From an uncultured Myxococcales bacterium (lineage in GTDB: Bacteria > Myxococcota > Kuafuiibacteriia > Kuafuiibacteriales > Kuafuiibacteriaceae), in the NCBI GenBank assembly GCA_964519665.1, contig CAZFIV010000020.1:9268-73267 (forward strand): 64,000 bases of DNA, read 5' to 3'. Under the pieces are notes generated by a model, which saw nothing but the letters and a program-made list of their open reading frames with translations, was not told the DNA's origin and ran no database searches. A program made the translations under genes and the position numbers. Of the stretch, positions 8,039 through 21,281 are shown piece by piece (positions within the stretch are counted from its first letter, which is position 1; every line of letters begins with the position of its first letter).

Positions 8039-11000
8039 ATGAGCGAAAAGAAATATTGGCGCACGCTTCAGGAACTCGAACAAGACCCCGAGTTCGAAGA
8101 GTTTCTCCGGAAAGAGTTCGTAGACGTCGACTACGACCGGCCCGGTTCTACGAACCGACGTCGGTTCATGCAGCTGATGGGTGCTTCGTTCGCCCTGGCT
8201 GGCGCATCCGCTTGCCGCTGGGAGGCCGAAAACTTTGCCCCCTACACGCGGCGCCCTCAGGGCCTAGAACCGGGCGCGATCAAATACTTTGCATCCGTCA
8301 TGGACGTGGCGGGCACCGCCATCCCGGTGAAAGTCGCGAGCTACGACAATCGTCCGTACAAGATCGAGCCCAACGAGCAGCACCCGTTCAGTCGGGGCGG
8401 CACCGACGCGTACGCACAGGCGAGCATCCTTACGATGTTCGACCCGGACCGCAGTCAGCAGGTCTACAAGGGCGGCGAGGTCAGTGACCGCAAGGCGTTC
8501 GAGGCAGCGCTCGGGGAGATCGCTGCGAAGGCCAAGCGTGCGAGCGGCAAGGGGGTGGTCGTACTGTCCGGCGAGAGCTCGTCGCCGAGCATGGCAGCGC
8601 TTCGGATGAAGCTGCTTGCCGACATGCCGCAGGCAAAATGGGTGGAGTACGAATCACTCAGTCGCGACAACGCCCGCGAAGGCGCTCGCCTCGCATTCGG
8701 CCAGGTAGCGCGAACCCACTACGACCTCTCCAAGGCCGATGTCATCGTGGCGTTGGGGGCCGACCTTTTTGGGGATCACCCGGCGAAACTGAAGCACGCT
8801 CGGGACTGGGCCGCGGGTCGCCGCCCCGACAAGTCGGACGGGCACGGCGACCACGACGACGTGTACATGAACCGATTGTACGTCTTGGAGACGCGGTTCA
8901 CGACGACGGGAGCCTCTGCCGACCACCGGCTTCCTGTCCGGGCGGAACAGATGCTGGCGCTGGCGCTCGCCCTGGAGGCCGCCGTCGAGAAGGACGGAAA
9001 AGTCGAGGGTCTCGAGTTCGCTCACAAGATTCTGTCCGACGAGAAGGTCAAGAAGATGGTGAGTGCGGTCGCCAAAGACCTCGTGCACCACCGAGGCAAG
9101 TCGGTGGTCGCGGTCGGCCACCAACAGGACCCGGCCGTGCACGCGGTCGTTCACCGGCTGAACGCTGCACTGTCCAACGTGGGCAGCACCATCCAGTACA
9201 CTGAAGAACCGAACCCTGACCGACCCGTGCACGGCACGGCGATAGCCGACCTCGTGCGGGACATGAACGCGGACCAGGTCAAAACGCTCTTCGTGCTCGG
9301 CGGCAATCCCGCCTACGACGCGCCCGGCGACCTGGATTTCGCGGCGGCCATGGAAAAAGTCGAGACCACCGTTCACTTCGGTCTCTACCGCGATAAGACC
9401 GCCAAGCTGTCGACTTGGCATGTGCCGGCGACCCACTTCCTCGAGACTTGGGGCGATGCACGGACCTGGGACGGCCTGGTCACCATTCAGCAGCCGCTGA
9501 TCGCGCCGCTGTACGACAGCTCGATGGCTATCATCGAAATGCTCCTCGTGCTGGCCGGGATCGAGGACTCACCCGACAAGTTCGTGCGCGCCACCGCCAT
9601 GGGCATCCGAAGCCAGATGTCGGCGGCTACGGACGAAACCGCGGCCGCTGGCGGGAAGACCGAGACGGTCGAAGCAGGCCCCGCGGTAGCCGCTCCCACC
9701 GATGACCAAGAGCTCGCGGAGGCTCAGGAGCGGCTTACCGGGTTCCTTGGCGACGACATGGTCTGGCGCAAGTCGGTCGCTCAGGGCTTTGTGGACGCGA
9801 CCGGTTATCCGACCATCAGTCTGCAAGTTCGAGGCTTCTCGGCCCCGACGCCCGCCGAGCGGGTCTTCAAGCGCGGCGAAGACCTCGAAAACAGCGAGCT
9901 CGAAGTCTTCTTCTACGATGATGGAAAGGTGCACGACGGCCGCTTCGCCAACAACGGATGGCTCCAGGAAACGCCGGACTTCACGACCAAGCTGACGTGG
10001 GACAACGCCGCGATTCTCTCGCCGGGAACGGCTCGACGATTCGGCGTCACCGATCAGGACATGATTCGGGTCAGCCTCGGTGAGAAGTCCATCGAGCTTC
10101 CCGTTTACATCATGCCGGGCCAGGCGCCGGGCTCGATCGCCATCGCGGTCGGCTACGGTCGCCCAGAGGCGGGCGCCGTGGGCGGCAGCATGTACTGGCA
10201 GGTCGACACAACCGGCTTCGACGTTCAACCGTTGCGGACCGCGGTCGCCCCCTTCCAGACGGTCGGTGCCTCCATTGAAAAGACAGGCGGGACCTACAAG
10301 CTGGCCTCGACGCAAACGCACTGGTCCATCGATACTTCGGGTCTGGAAGCGATCATGAAGCGAGTCCCTGAGCTTGCTCGGGCGGGAACCATCGAGGAGT
10401 ACAAGAAGGCGTGTGAGGAGCACTCGCTCAAGGAGCAGCGCCACGCCTTCTTCCATGATATTCACACGCCCCCTCTTCTGTCGCTGTTCCCCGAGTTCGA
10501 GTGGAAAGATGGGTACCAGTGGGGGATGACCATCGACCTCGGCAAGTGCACCGGCTGCAATGCCTGCGTCGTATCCTGTACTTCGGAGAATAACGTTCCG
10601 ATCGTCGGCAAAGAGCAGGTGCTCGTCGGGCGCGAAATGCACTGGCTACGCATCGACCGCTACTTCACAGGCGAAGCCGAAGACCCGACGATTTCGACGC
10701 AGCCGGTTGCTTGCGTGCACTGTCAAAATGCGCCCTGCGAGCAGGTCTGCCCGGTCGCGGCCACCGTTCACGACGAGGAAGGCACCAACAACATGGTGTA
10801 CAACCGGTGCATCGGGACCCGCTACTGCGCAAACAACTGCCCCTACAAGGTGCGACGGTTTAACTACTACAACTACCACATCGACCTGACCGAAGAGAAA
10901 AACAAGGTTCAGTGGCTGGCGCACAACCCCGACGTGACCGTTCGGTTCCGCGGGGTCATGGAAAAGTGCAGCTACTGCTTCCAGCGCATCTCGTATGCAA

Positions 11001-11272
11001 AAACGGAGGCCCGTAAAGAGGGTCGGACCGTACGCGGCGACGAGATCAAGTCGGCATGCCAGACCGCTTGCCCGACCGACGCTATCACTTTCGGCAACAT
11101 CAACGACCCGACGAGCACGGTCGCGAAGCTTCAGAAGAAGCCTCGTAGCTATGCGATGCTGGCGGAGCTCAACATCAAGCCCCGCACCGAATACCTGGCG
11201 CGAATCACTAACCCCAGCGAAGACCTGACGCCGAAGAAGGAAGGGGAGGCCGAAGGCCATGGCCATCATTGA
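8039..11272 (+). CDS. actB: Alternative complex III subunit B (molybdopterin-oxidoreductase-like plus Fe-S domain)
   Basis: YWRTLQEL start, Tat motif RRRFMQ with lipobox-like ASAC, C-terminal [37 protein letters not shown]. Confidence 0.93.
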   Translation: MSEKKYWRTLQELEQDPEFEEFLRKEFVDVDYDRPGSTNRRRFMQLMGASFALAGASACRWEAENFAPYTRRPQGLEPGAIKYFASVMDVAGTAIPVKVASYDNRPYKIEPNEQHPFSRGGTDAYAQASILTMFDPDRSQQVYKGGEVSDRKAFEAALGEIAAKAKRASGKGVVVLSGESSSPSMAALRMKLLADMPQAKWVEYESLSRDNAREGARLAFGQVARTHYDLSKADVIVALGADLFGDHPAKLKHARDWAAGRRPDKSDGHGDHDDVYMNRLYVLETRFTTTGASADHRLPVRAEQMLALALALEAAVEKDGKVEGLEFAHKILSDEKVKKMVSAVAKDLVHHRGKSVVAVGHQQDPAVHAVVHRLNAALSNVGSTIQYTEEPNPDRPVHGTAIADLVRDMNADQVKTLFVLGGNPAYDAPGDLDFAAAMEKVETTVHFGLYRDKTAKLSTWHVPATHFLETWGDARTWDGLVTIQQPLIAPLYDSSMAIIEMLLVLAGIEDSPDKFVRATAMGIRSQMSAATDETAAAGGKTETVEAGPAVAAPTDDQELAEAQERLTGFLGDDMVWRKSVAQGFVDATGYPTISLQVRGFSAPTPAERVFKRGEDLENSELEVFFYDDGKVHDGRFANNGWLQETPDFTTKLTWDNAAILSPGTARRFGVTDQDMIRVSLGEKSIELPVYIMPGQAPGSIAIAVGYGRPEAGAVGGSMYWQVDTTGFDVQPLRTAVAPFQTVGASIEKTGGTYKLASTQTHWSIDTSGLEAIMKRVPELARAGTIEEYKKACEEHSLKEQRHAFFHDIHTPPLLSLFPEFEWKDGYQWGMTIDLGKCTGCNACVVSCTSENNVPIVGKEQVLVGREMHWLRIDRYFTGEAEDPTISTQPVACVHCQNAPCEQVCPVAATVHDEEGTNNMVYNRCIGTRYCANNCPYKVRRFNYYNYHIDLTEEKNKVQWLAHNPDVTVRFRGVMEKCSYCFQRISYAKTEARKEGRTVRGDEIKSACQTACPTDAITFGNINDPTSTVAKLQKKPRSYAMLAELNIKPRTEYLARITNPSEDLTPKKEGEAEGHGHH

Positions 11273-12719
11273 TCAAGAGATCGACAACACCGTTCAGGGG
11301 TCGCGGACCAAGCAACAACTGATCACCGGTGAACGGTCATTTCACGACATCACCGAGGCGGTGGCGTCGATCACGGAAGTCAAGCGTTCGCACCGCAACT
11401 GGTGGATCGCGTTCGTCATCTCGGCGTCGCTGGCAGGGATGTTCGTCATTAACATCGGTTACCTGTTCTGGACGGGCACCGGTATCTGGGGGAACAACAA
11501 CCCGGTTGGCTGGGGTTGGCCCATCGTCAACTTCGTTTTCTGGGTCGGTATCGGGCACGCGGGAACTCTGATCTCTGCGATTCTGTTCCTCCTTCGCCAA
11601 GATTGGCGGACCTCGATCAATCGCTTCGCCGAGGCGATGACGATCTTCGCGGTGGTTTGTGCGCTGACCTTTCCGGGCATCCACATTGGTCGCCCCTGGC
11701 TGCCATACTGGCTGTTCCCGCTGCCCAACCAGATGCTGATGTGGCCCAACTTCCGAAGCCCGCTCCTGTGGGACGTCTTCGCGGTTGGCACGTACGGACT
11801 CATCTCGCTGCTGTTTTGGTACTTCGGCTTGATTCCCGACCTCGCGACTCTGCGTGACCGCTCGAAGACGGCCATCCGAAAGGTGGCCTACGGCATCTTC
11901 TCGATGGGGTGGACTGGCTCCGCTCGGCACTGGCACCGTTACGAGCGCGCCTACCTGATTCTGGCCGCTCTCGCGACTCCGCTGGTGCTGTCGGTTCACT
12001 CGGTCGTTTCGTTCGACTTCGCAACCTCGCAGCTGCCGGGATGGCACACCACCATTTTCCCGCCTTACTTCGTTGCCGGCGCCATCTTCTCCGGCTTCGC
12101 GATGGTGGTCACGCTAGCGGTTCCGGCCCGGGAAGCGTTCGGCCTGAAGCACATCATTACGCTCCGGCACCTTGACAACATGAACAAGGTCATCCTCGTC
12201 ACCGGGATGATGGTCGGTTACGCGTACGCGATGGAGTTCTTCGTCGCCTGGTACGGTGCGAACCAATACGAGGGCTTCGCGTTCATCAACCGGGCTTTCG
12301 GTCCCTATTGGTGGGCCTACTGGACGATGGTCACCTGCAACGTGATCAGTCCCCAGCTGTTCTGGTTCAAGAAAATCCGTACGACGCCGTGGATGATGGT
12401 TGTCGTATCGATCTTCGTGAACATCGGTATGTGGTTCGAGCGCTTCGTCATCACCGTGACTTCGCTCCACCGCGACTTCCTGCCCTCTTCTTGGGGCTAC
12501 TTCACTGCGACCCCGTTCGACATCATGTTGTTCGTGGGGAGCTTCGGCTTGTTCATGACCTTGTTCCTGCTCTTTCTCCGGTGGCTGCCTTGCGTCGCCA
12601 TCGCGGAAGTGAAGGCCATCCTGCCGCAAGCACACGCGCACGACGACCACCACGACGAACACGCCGCCGCGGGTGGCGAAGCGCCGCCCGCTCCGGCGAT
12701 GGCAGCGCCGACGAAGTGA
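11259..12719 (+). CDS. actC: Alternative complex III quinol-oxidising membrane subunit (NrfD/PsrC family)
   Basis: [41 protein letters not shown]. Confidence 0.95.
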   Translation: MAIIDQEIDNTVQGSRTKQQLITGERSFHDITEAVASITEVKRSHRNWWIAFVISASLAGMFVINIGYLFWTGTGIWGNNNPVGWGWPIVNFVFWVGIGHAGTLISAILFLLRQDWRTSINRFAEAMTIFAVVCALTFPGIHIGRPWLPYWLFPLPNQMLMWPNFRSPLLWDVFAVGTYGLISLLFWYFGLIPDLATLRDRSKTAIRKVAYGIFSMGWTGSARHWHRYERAYLILAALATPLVLSVHSVVSFDFATSQLPGWHTTIFPPYFVAGAIFSGFAMVVTLAVPAREAFGLKHIITLRHLDNMNKVILVTGMMVGYAYAMEFFVAWYGANQYEGFAFINRAFGPYWWAYWTMVTCNVISPQLFWFKKIRTTPWMMVVVSIFVNIGMWFERFVITVTSLHRDFLPSSWGYFTATPFDIMLFVGSFGLFMTLFLLFLRWLPCVAIAEVKAILPQAHAHDDHHDEHAAAGGEAPPAPAMAAPTK

Positions 12720-12732
12720 GGATTCGGAAGCG

Positions 12733-14022
12733 ATGAGTCACGACAACGGACACGAAAACGGCAACGGCAACGGCAACGGCAGTCTGCCCGAGTACGGCCT
12801 ACTCGCTCAGTACGAGGATGTATCGAGCTTGATGAAGGCTGCCAAAGTGGTGCGCGACGCCGGCTATGAGAGCTGGGACTGTCACTCGCCATTTCCGGTT
12901 CACGGAATCGACCCAGCCATGGGGATCCAGCGCACGCGCCTTCCCTACATCATCATGGGCATGGGGATGCTGGGAACGTGCACGGCGCTGGTCATGCAAT
13001 GGTGGATGAACGCGGTCGACTACCCGTTCATCATTTCGGGGAAGCCGTACTGGTCAGTGCCGGCCAACATCCCCATCGCCTTCGAGCTCACGGTTCTGTT
13101 CGCGGGGGTCACCGCCTTCATCGCGACGTTGGCGATGAACGGGCTGCCGCGGTACCACCATCCGCTCTTCAACAGCGACCGTTTCGCGGCGGCCACGGAC
13201 GACAAGTTCTTCATTGCCATCGAAGCGAACGACCCAAAGTACGATGCCGCTGGCACTCGGGAGCTCCTACAAGCGACGGGTGCAACGGCCATCGAGAGCG
13301 TGGTTGACGATTCCAAGGTGAACTCCGGACTGCCAAAGTTCTTGGTCTACGCGGGCGTCGTCGCCTTCGTGGCAGGCTTCATTCCGCTCGGGTTCATCGC
13401 CACCATGTGGTACGAACGCAGCCCCCGGCCGCGCATCCACCCGAACCCCAACATGGACTTCCAAGAGAAGTTCAAGACCCAGACCTCTAACCCGATGACC
13501 CATATCTTCAAGGACGGGCGGTCCATGCGGCCTCAGGTTGCGGGCACCGTCGCGACGGAGCAGGTGGAGGCCGACAGCCACTACTACCGCGGCATGACCG
13601 ACGAGGGTCAATGGGCGCGAGGTTTTCCCGGTATTTTCACGAGCGACGAGGAGGGCAACAAGCTCGGAGCGGAAATGCTGAAGAAGAAGGTGGAGCGGGG
13701 GCAAGAGCGGTACAAGATCTACTGCGCGCCATGTCACGGCCTGGCCGGATACGGTAACGGGCTGGTTCACCAGCGCGCCGCTTCGCTTCAACAGGGGCTG
13801 TGGATACAGCCGAGTTCACTCCATCAGGATTACCTTCGGGAGCAACCCGAGGGGAAGCTGTTCAACACCATTACTTGGGGCATCCGCAGTATGCCGGCAT
13901 ACGGTTACGCGATTCCGGTCGACGACCGGTGGGCGATTATTGCTTACGTTCGCGCCCTGCAGCGGAGCCAGTTGGCCGAAGTAAAGGACGTGCCGGAGGC
14001 CGAGCGCGACGACCAGCGCTGA
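12733..14022 (+). CDS. actD: Fused ActD (DUF3341) and ActE monoheme cytochrome c
   Basis: HSPFPVHG and IPIAFELTVL (ActD), followed in frame by MDFQEKFK, CAPCH and MPAY (ActE); ATG at 12733. Confidence 0.88.
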   Translation: MSHDNGHENGNGNGNGSLPEYGLLAQYEDVSSLMKAAKVVRDAGYESWDCHSPFPVHGIDPAMGIQRTRLPYIIMGMGMLGTCTALVMQWWMNAVDYPFIISGKPYWSVPANIPIAFELTVLFAGVTAFIATLAMNGLPRYHHPLFNSDRFAAATDDKFFIAIEANDPKYDAAGTRELLQATGATAIESVVDDSKVNSGLPKFLVYAGVVAFVAGFIPLGFIATMWYERSPRPRIHPNPNMDFQEKFKTQTSNPMTHIFKDGRSMRPQVAGTVATEQVEADSHYYRGMTDEGQWARGFPGIFTSDEEGNKLGAEMLKKKVERGQERYKIYCAPCHGLAGYGNGLVHQRAASLQQGLWIQPSSLHQDYLREQPEGKLFNTITWGIRSMPAYGYAIPVDDRWAIIAYVRALQRSQLAEVKDVPEAERDDQR

Positions 14023-14034
14023 GGGACGACAACA

Positions 14035-15312
14035 ATGCAGCACAAGCCAGTCGAACTCGACGCAAGCGACCCGCAATTCACTTGGGATGGCGCTCCGAAA
14101 CTGATGATCGGCGCCTTTATTGTTGGCGTGGTGGCCTTGTTGGCCGCCGCCGGCCTCGGCTCCACGTACAACGACCATTTCGCCGCGTTCCTGCACAGCT
14201 ATCACGTGGCGTTTCTGTACTTCCTGGCCATCAGCCTGGGGTGCCTATTCTTCATTACCTTCCACCACCTCATTCGCGCTGAATGGGGTGTGGTGGTGCG
14301 CAGGCTCTTCGAGTTTGGCGCGGCGACCATGCCGGTCATGCTCGTACTCTCTCTACCGGTCGTCCTTCCGGCCCTTTTTGGGTCAGACGGGCTCTTTCTC
14401 TGGGTCAACGCCGAGGTGGTCGCCGGTGACCATCTGCTCGCCCACAAGACGCCCTACTTGAACGTGACGTTCTTCCTGATCCGGGTCGTCATCTACTTCG
14501 GCGTATGGATCGCGATGTCGCGGTTCTTCGTCGGGATGTCGATGCAGCAGGACAAGAGCGGGGACGATAGCCTCACCGACCGTGCACAGTGGTATTCGGG
14601 CCCGATCATGATAGCGTTCGCCCTGACGATCACGTTTGCGGCGGTGGATTTCATCATGAGCCTGGAGCCCCACTGGTACTCGACCATCATTGGGGTATAT
14701 CTGTTCGCGGCCTCGGTGCTCTCGTCGATGGCGGCGATGATCCTGTTCGCAAAGTTTCTACAAAGCCGCGGCAAGGCGAAGGTCATCTCGATCGACCACT
14801 ACCATGACCTCGGTAAGTTCCTCTTCGCGTTCACGCTCTTTTGGGCCTACATCGCGTTCTCCCAGTACATGCTGATCTGGTACGCGAACATTCCAGAGGG
14901 TACGATCTGGTATCAGCACCGGCAGCACGGTCAGTGGATCCCATTTGCGTTCTTGCTGTTGTTCGGACATTTCGCCGTACCGTTCGTCGGGCTCATCTCC
15001 CGTAACTTCAAGCGAGCCACGAACCTGCTCGCGATGTGGGCCGGCTGGATGCTGCTGATGCACTGGGTCGACATGTTTTATCTCGTGATGCCGTCCATTT
15101 ACGAGCTCTATGAGGTGCACCACCTCTACGAATCGAAGGAAGCTATGCACGAGGCTGTGAATACACTTCCCATTACTTTGCTCGACCCGCTGTGCTTGAT
15201 CGGCGTTGGCGGAATCTTCGTGGGAGCTCTCGCGATGGCCATGCGCGGCGCATTCCTGGTGCCGATGAAGGATCCGAGGCTTGCCGAATCGCTGGCTCAT
15301 GAGGTTCCCTGA
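14035..15312 (+). CDS. actF: Alternative complex III subunit F
   Basis: Polytopic; DFIMSLEPHWYSTI, HYHDLGK, FSQYMLIWYANIPE. Confidence 0.93.
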   Translation: MQHKPVELDASDPQFTWDGAPKLMIGAFIVGVVALLAAAGLGSTYNDHFAAFLHSYHVAFLYFLAISLGCLFFITFHHLIRAEWGVVVRRLFEFGAATMPVMLVLSLPVVLPALFGSDGLFLWVNAEVVAGDHLLAHKTPYLNVTFFLIRVVIYFGVWIAMSRFFVGMSMQQDKSGDDSLTDRAQWYSGPIMIAFALTITFAAVDFIMSLEPHWYSTIIGVYLFAASVLSSMAAMILFAKFLQSRGKAKVISIDHYHDLGKFLFAFTLFWAYIAFSQYMLIWYANIPEGTIWYQHRQHGQWIPFAFLLLFGHFAVPFVGLISRNFKRATNLLAMWAGWMLLMHWVDMFYLVMPSIYELYEVHHLYESKEAMHEAVNTLPITLLDPLCLIGVGGIFVGALAMAMRGAFLVPMKDPRLAESLAHEVP

Positions 15313-15331
15313 TGCTGTTGAGGAACATGAG

Positions 15332-15577
15332 ATGAATGAGAATCGAGACGATATCGATACCGCTCAGATCGTGACCGTAGCGTTCGGTGGTGCTTTTTTC
15401 ATCGCGGCGTTCATCCTGTTCGTGCAGGCATGGTTCTTCTCGGTTCAGTACGAAGACGACGCCTCGAAGCAGACCAAGCCGCTGGCTCGCGTTCGGTACG
15501 AGCAGGAGCAGGAAGCCAAACTGCAGGACACCATCGCGACGGCGAAAAACGCGGTCGTTACGCAATTGCATCAGTAG
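15332..15577 (+). CDS. Small single-TM protein, ActG-like by position
   Basis: One hydrophobic helix; lies between actF and sco. Confidence 0.6.
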   Translation: MNENRDDIDTAQIVTVAFGGAFFIAAFILFVQAWFFSVQYEDDASKQTKPLARVRYEQEQEAKLQDTIATAKNAVVTQLHQ

Positions 15578-15599
15578 AGCGACGCGTTACGATGGTCGT

Positions 15600-16496
15600 A
15601 TGACCATCCGGCCGTCGCCTCTTCTCCCACGAGCACTGATCACTTCCGTTGTCGCAAGTCTTCTTGCCGCAGGCTCCGGGGCTGCTTTGGGCCAGGCAGA
15701 CCCTGGCGGCGAGTCTTCGGCGGTGCGCAAAGAGGCCCTGCCGAAGGAACTGGAAGGCGTCGGGGTGACCGAGAGGCTTGGAGCTGTCGTTCCACCCGAC
15801 CTGGTGTTCACCGACAGCGAAGGTCGAGAGGTCAGGCTTGCATCTTTTTTCGACGGGAAGAAGCCGACCCTACTCACCCTCAATTACTCTGACTGCCCAA
15901 TGCTCTGCAGCTTGCAGCTCAATGCCCTCGTGGAAGCCTTGCAAGAGATGCAGTGGACACTCGGCGACGAGTACCAAGTGGTGACCGTGAGCCTCGATCC
16001 GTCGGAAGCCGTCGAGCGGGCTGCTGCTACCAAGAAGCGCTACCTCGACCAGTATAGTGAAAACGCTGATCCCCAAGGCTGGCATTTTCTCGTCGGACCG
16101 GAAGAGAACATCCGTGCGTTGGCCGACGCGGTGGGGTTTGGTTATCGCTATAGTGAAACTCGGCAGGAGTACCTGCACCAAGCGGCGATCGTCGTATTGA
16201 GTCCGAGCGGCTCCGTTTCTCGATATCTCTACGGCTTGTTGTATTCCCCACAGACCGTCCGGTTGTCGATGGTCGAAGCGTCTGAGGGCAAACAAGTCTC
16301 GACGCTCGACGCAATAGTACTCTATTGCTTTTACTATGATCCGAAATCGGGTAGCTATACGCCCGTGGTCCGCAACATCATGAAGGTGGGCGGAGCTGTG
16401 ACGGTGCTGCTGCTCGCGCTTTTCGTAGGGGCTGGCTTCACCGCGAACCGGCGAAGAAGAGCCGATGGAGTGAAGACCGCCGATGGAGTCGCCTAG
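15600..16496 (+). CDS. SCO/SenC copper chaperone
   Basis: CPMLC motif, conserved His (YLHQAA), signal peptide and C-terminal TM. Confidence 0.9.
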   Translation: MTIRPSPLLPRALITSVVASLLAAGSGAALGQADPGGESSAVRKEALPKELEGVGVTERLGAVVPPDLVFTDSEGREVRLASFFDGKKPTLLTLNYSDCPMLCSLQLNALVEALQEMQWTLGDEYQVVTVSLDPSEAVERAAATKKRYLDQYSENADPQGWHFLVGPEENIRALADAVGFGYRYSETRQEYLHQAAIVVLSPSGSVSRYLYGLLYSPQTVRLSMVEASEGKQVSTLDAIVLYCFYYDPKSGSYTPVVRNIMKVGGAVTVLLLALFVGAGFTANRRRRADGVKTADGVA

Positions 16497-17456
16497 ATGT
16501 GGATGACCGCTGAACCGACCTTTTGGATGCCTAGCGCGGCAGCAACCCAAGCTGCAGACGTCGACTGGCTCTACTATTTTCTGTACTACGTTTCCCTCGC
16601 CAGCTTCCTGGTCATCATGGCCGCGCTGGTTTACTTCGTCTTCAAGTTCCGCGCGAAGAGCCGCGGCGAGCGCGCCCGGTCGCCAGGCGGCCACAATACG
16701 CTCCTCGAGGTCAGCTGGACAATTCCGCCGGCGATCGTCTCGGTGATCGTCTTCGTCATGGGGGCGAAGGCGTATATCGATATGAAGAGCCCGCCGCCGG
16801 ACGCGGTCGAGATCCGGGTCATTGGCAAGAGCTGGAACTGGGAATTCTACTATCCCGGCTCGAGCCAGAAGGAGACCGTTCTCCACGTGCCGCCGAATCG
16901 ACCGGTGCGCTTGCTGATGACGTCGAACGACGTGCTGCACTCGTTCTTCGTACCCGCGTTCCGCATCAAGCAGGACGTCGTTCCGGGCCGGTATACTGAA
17001 GTTTGGTTTCAAGCGACCGAGAGTGGCGAACACCAGATCTACTGCACCGAATACTGCGGGACGAACCACTCGGCGATGGTCGCCAAGGTCAAGGTTTATG
17101 AGACCGAGACGACCTATGACGAATGGCTTCAGGGCCGACGTCGAATCATCGACCAGGGTCTGCCGCCCGAACAGGCCGGCGAAAAGCTGTTTGCCGTGAA
17201 CGGTTGCAACGGCTGCCACAGCGTAGACGGCTCCGCGAAGGTTGGCCCAACTCTGAAAGGCAACTGGGGCGTCGAGCGCGTATTCACAGACGGCACCAAG
17301 GCTGTGGTGGATGAGAACTACCTGCGGACCTCCATTCTCAATCCGACCGGTCAAATTGTTCAGGGATACCCGCCCGTGATGCCCGCCTTCAAGGGTGTGC
17401 TCGACGACCGGGAAATCGACGCGCTCATCGCGTACATGAAGACCCTCAAGGAGTAA
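16497..17456 (+). CDS. coxB: Cytochrome caa3 oxidase subunit II with fused cytochrome c
   Basis: DVLHSF, CuA motif [13 protein letters not shown]-terminal CNGCH...MP. Confidence 0.95.
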   Translation: MWMTAEPTFWMPSAAATQAADVDWLYYFLYYVSLASFLVIMAALVYFVFKFRAKSRGERARSPGGHNTLLEVSWTIPPAIVSVIVFVMGAKAYIDMKSPPPDAVEIRVIGKSWNWEFYYPGSSQKETVLHVPPNRPVRLLMTSNDVLHSFFVPAFRIKQDVVPGRYTEVWFQATESGEHQIYCTEYCGTNHSAMVAKVKVYETETTYDEWLQGRRRIIDQGLPPEQAGEKLFAVNGCNGCHSVDGSAKVGPTLKGNWGVERVFTDGTKAVVDENYLRTSILNPTGQIVQGYPPVMPAFKGVLDDREIDALIAYMKTLKE

Positions 17457-17463
17457 TCGAACG

Positions 17464-19141
17464 ATGACGGCCGACGCGACGACTTTGCAAGGAGTGCGTG
17501 ATGACTACATCACGCATACCAAGGGGCTCCTGGGATGGCTGGTGACCCTCGACCACAAACGCATCGGGATTCTGTACTTCTTCGCAACGACGTTCGCCCT
17601 CATTCTGGGCGGGGTCTTCGCGCTGATCGTCCGCCTGGAGCTACTGACGCCCGGGAAAGACATTATCGGACCCGACGCTTACAATCGAATGTTCACCCTG
17701 CACGGGGCGGTAATGGTCTTTCTGTTTATCATCCCTGCGATTCCCGCATCCATCGGGAACTTCGTCATCCCGCTGATGCTGGGGGTGAAGGACGTCGCCT
17801 TTCCGCGCCTCAACCTGGCTAGTTTTTATATTTGGGTGGTCGGCGCTCTGTTCCTGGTCGTGTCCATGTACGTGGGCGCGATCGACACGGGTTGGACGTT
17901 CTACACGCCCTACAGCTCGGACCCGACCAAGGGTAGTCAGGGCTCGGTGATGCTATCCGCGATGGGGGTGTTCATCCTGGGTTTCAGCTCGATCTTTACC
18001 GGGATCAACTTCATCGCCACCATCAATACGATGCGACCCCGGAACATGGGGTGGTTCAAGATGCCTCTATTTCTGTGGGCCATGTACTCAACCAGCATCA
18101 TTCAAGTGCTGGCGACGCCAGTGTTGGCCATCACGGTTCTTCTGCTTACCGTGGAGCGTGCGTTCCGGTTGGGCATCTTCGACCCGGCACTCGGCGGTGA
18201 CCCAGTGCTGTTCCAGCACTTCTTCTGGTTTTACTCACACCCGGCTGTATACATCATGGTGCTTCCCGCAATGGGCGTCATCTCCGAGGTGATCGCGGTC
18301 TTCAGCCGCCGCCGGATTTTTGGCTACTCGTTCATTGCGATGAGCTCGCTGGCGATCGCCTTTCTTGGTTTCCTTGTCTGGGGCCACCACATGTTTACTT
18401 CGGGTCAGAGCGCGCTCGCCGGTGTCATCTTCTCGGCGCTGACATTCTCGGTCGCGATCCCGTCGGCCATCAAGGTGTTCAACTGGTTGGCGACCCTCTA
18501 CAACGGATCGATCCGGCTCGACGTGCCGATGCTCTACGCGTTCAGCTTCATCTGGCTATTCTCGATCGGCGGACTCACCGGATTGTTCCTGGGAACCCTG
18601 GCCGTCGACGTGCACCTACACGACACGTATTTCGTGGTCGCTCACTTCCACTATGTCATGGTGGGTGGTACCCTCATGGCGCTCCTCGCGGGGCTCTACT
18701 ACTGGTGGCCGAAGTTCTTTGGACGGATGTACAACGAGACGCTGGCGAGGGTGGGTTGCCTGCTGACCTTCATAGGGTTCAACATCACTTTCTTCCCTCA
18801 GTTCGTGATGGGCAGCCAAGGCATGCCGAGGCGCTACTACACCTACCTCGATGAGTTCCAGACGTACCACCAGGTCTCGACGGTCGGTGCGATGATCCTA
18901 GGTATTGGTATCCTTTTCGCCTTCGGTGTTCTTATGGTCGCCATGTTCTCGGGGAGGAAAGCGGCCGCGAATCCTTGGGGCGCCAACACACTCGAATGGC
19001 ACTGCGCATCGCCGCCGCCCCACGATAACTTCGCCGTTCAACCCGACGGGCTCGACCCCTACGACTATTCTCAGCTCGAATACGACCAAGAAACCGACGG
19101 TTTTGTTGTGACCGGCGCTTCGAGGCCCAAGGAGGGGAATC

Positions 19142-19155
<14 letters not shown>
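17464..19155 (+). CDS. coxA: Heme-copper oxidase subunit I, type A2
   Basis: DHKRIG; [10 protein letters not shown] (YS motif of A2 rather than GHPEVY); WGHHM; [12 protein letters not shown]. Confidence 0.96.
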
Positions 19156-19906
<751 letters not shown>

Positions 19907-19917
19907 GAGGTCGACCG

Positions 19918-20409
19918 ATGGCTCACGATTCACACTCCGAGGCCCACGAGCATCACGCCCTTCCCGTGCCGCTGCTAGTCGGGTGCTGGGGTGGCCTCAT
20001 GCTCCTCACCGGAATCACTGTCTGGACGGCTCAGAATCTAGACCTGGGCCAGTTCAATCTTGTTCTGGCGATGGTCATCGCTACCGCGAAGGCTACGTTG
20101 GTACTCACTATCTTCATGCACCTAGCCTTCGAGAAGGGCTTCAACTTCATGATTTTCGCCATCTCGGTCATGGCGGTGATCCTTTTCGTGACGATTCTGT
20201 TCATCGATGTGCAGCAGTATCAGCCCGGCATACAGCAGAAACTCAGCGACATCACTCAGGCTTCGGCCAACGCCGAAGCGGCGGCCGCAGCGACCTCTGA
20301 GCCGTCATCCGCTGACGCGTCGTCCGGAGCCGAAGATCATGACGACGAGGCGCCCGAAGACCACGGCGAAAAAGCCGCAGAGGGCGATGCAGAGTCCGAT
20401 CATCATTGA
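19918..20409 (+). CDS. Cytochrome c oxidase subunit IV (caa3-type) with acidic/His tail
   Basis: LLTGITV, IATAKATLVLTIFMHL; three TM helices. Confidence 0.88.
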   Translation: MAHDSHSEAHEHHALPVPLLVGCWGGLMLLTGITVWTAQNLDLGQFNLVLAMVIATAKATLVLTIFMHLAFEKGFNFMIFAISVMAVILFVTILFIDVQQYQPGIQQKLSDITQASANAEAAAAATSEPSSADASSGAEDHDDEAPEDHGEKAAEGDAESDHH

Positions 20410-20436
20410 CCTCGCTAACTATCCGGGTCGCCTCCC

Positions 20437-21276
20437 TCAGCCTATGTGAGCTTGGGCGAGCAATGGGTTGAGCCCACCGAGGACCGCCGCGCCGTACTTG
20501 GCGGCTCGATCGGCGGCCTCTAACGGACCGCAGCCGGCCGCCATGAAGTACACGAAGGCGCCCGCGAAGCTGTCTCCCGCGCCGTATGCCCCACCCACTA
20601 CGTGACCGACCGTGGGCGCCTCGAAGCGGGCGCTGCCGGTAGCGGTTTCGATCACGCCTCCTCGGTCGCCCTCGGTCATCACGATCGCCTTGGGCGCGGG
20701 GTCATAGTCTGCCAGCACGCTCTTTTCGCGTGGGTCCGCATTGCTGCCGATAATGACGTCGAGGGGGACGCCGCAGTCACGGATGGCGGCCCGCCGCCTT
20801 GCAGTCACCACCGACACTCGGGCCGCCCTCGCGCGAGCGAGCAGCCTGGGATCTTGGGCCGTGAAGTACACCGCGTCGAGCTCCTGGAGGATTTCCCACG
20901 GAAGCGCGTCGCTAGCGCGCGGATGAAGCGGAGGACCGACAACGATGATCGTTCGCTCTCCGAAATCGTCGATCATGACGATATCCCGGGTGTGGGGCTC
21001 GGGTCGGCGTACAGCGTGAATGCTCGCGTTCGTGGTCTCGAGAGCGGAGCGTACCTCGTCTCCCGCCTGGTCGCTGCCAATGGCGGTGAAGAGGTGGACC
21101 TCGCAGTCACTCTTGGTGAGCTGGTAGAACGTGATTCCTCCACCGCCGCCCGGAAACCACTGCGATTCTTCGAGATGGGCGATGTCACCAGCTCTGGGAA
21201 CGGTTTCGACTCGACCAAGCGTCACGTGCTCGACATGTCCGATGACGCCAACGCGAAGGCGGCTCATTGCACTCAT
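20437..21276 (-). CDS. PfkB-family carbohydrate kinase
   Basis: GGGGG substrate loop, GERTI, C-terminal GAGDSFAG; start at 21276 or 21267. Confidence 0.88.
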   Translation of the reverse strand: MSAMSRLRVGVIGHVEHVTLGRVETVPRAGDIAHLEESQWFPGGGGGITFYQLTKSDCEVHLFTAIGSDQAGDEVRSALETTNASIHAVRRPEPHTRDIVMIDDFGERTIIVVGPPLHPRASDALPWEILQELDAVYFTAQDPRLLARARAARVSVVTARRRAAIRDCGVPLDVIIGSNADPREKSVLADYDPAPKAIVMTEGDRGGVIETATGSARFEAPTVGHVVGGAYGAGDSFAGAFVYFMAAGCGPLEAADRAAKYGAAVLGGLNPLLAQAHIG

Positions 21277-21281
21277 TGGGG

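Noticed and set aside
8039-12719. Polysulfide, nitrate or DMSO reductase
   Set aside because: Order and motifs (pentaheme, fused B, NrfD, DUF3341-cytochrome c, F, then caa3) identify alternative complex III.
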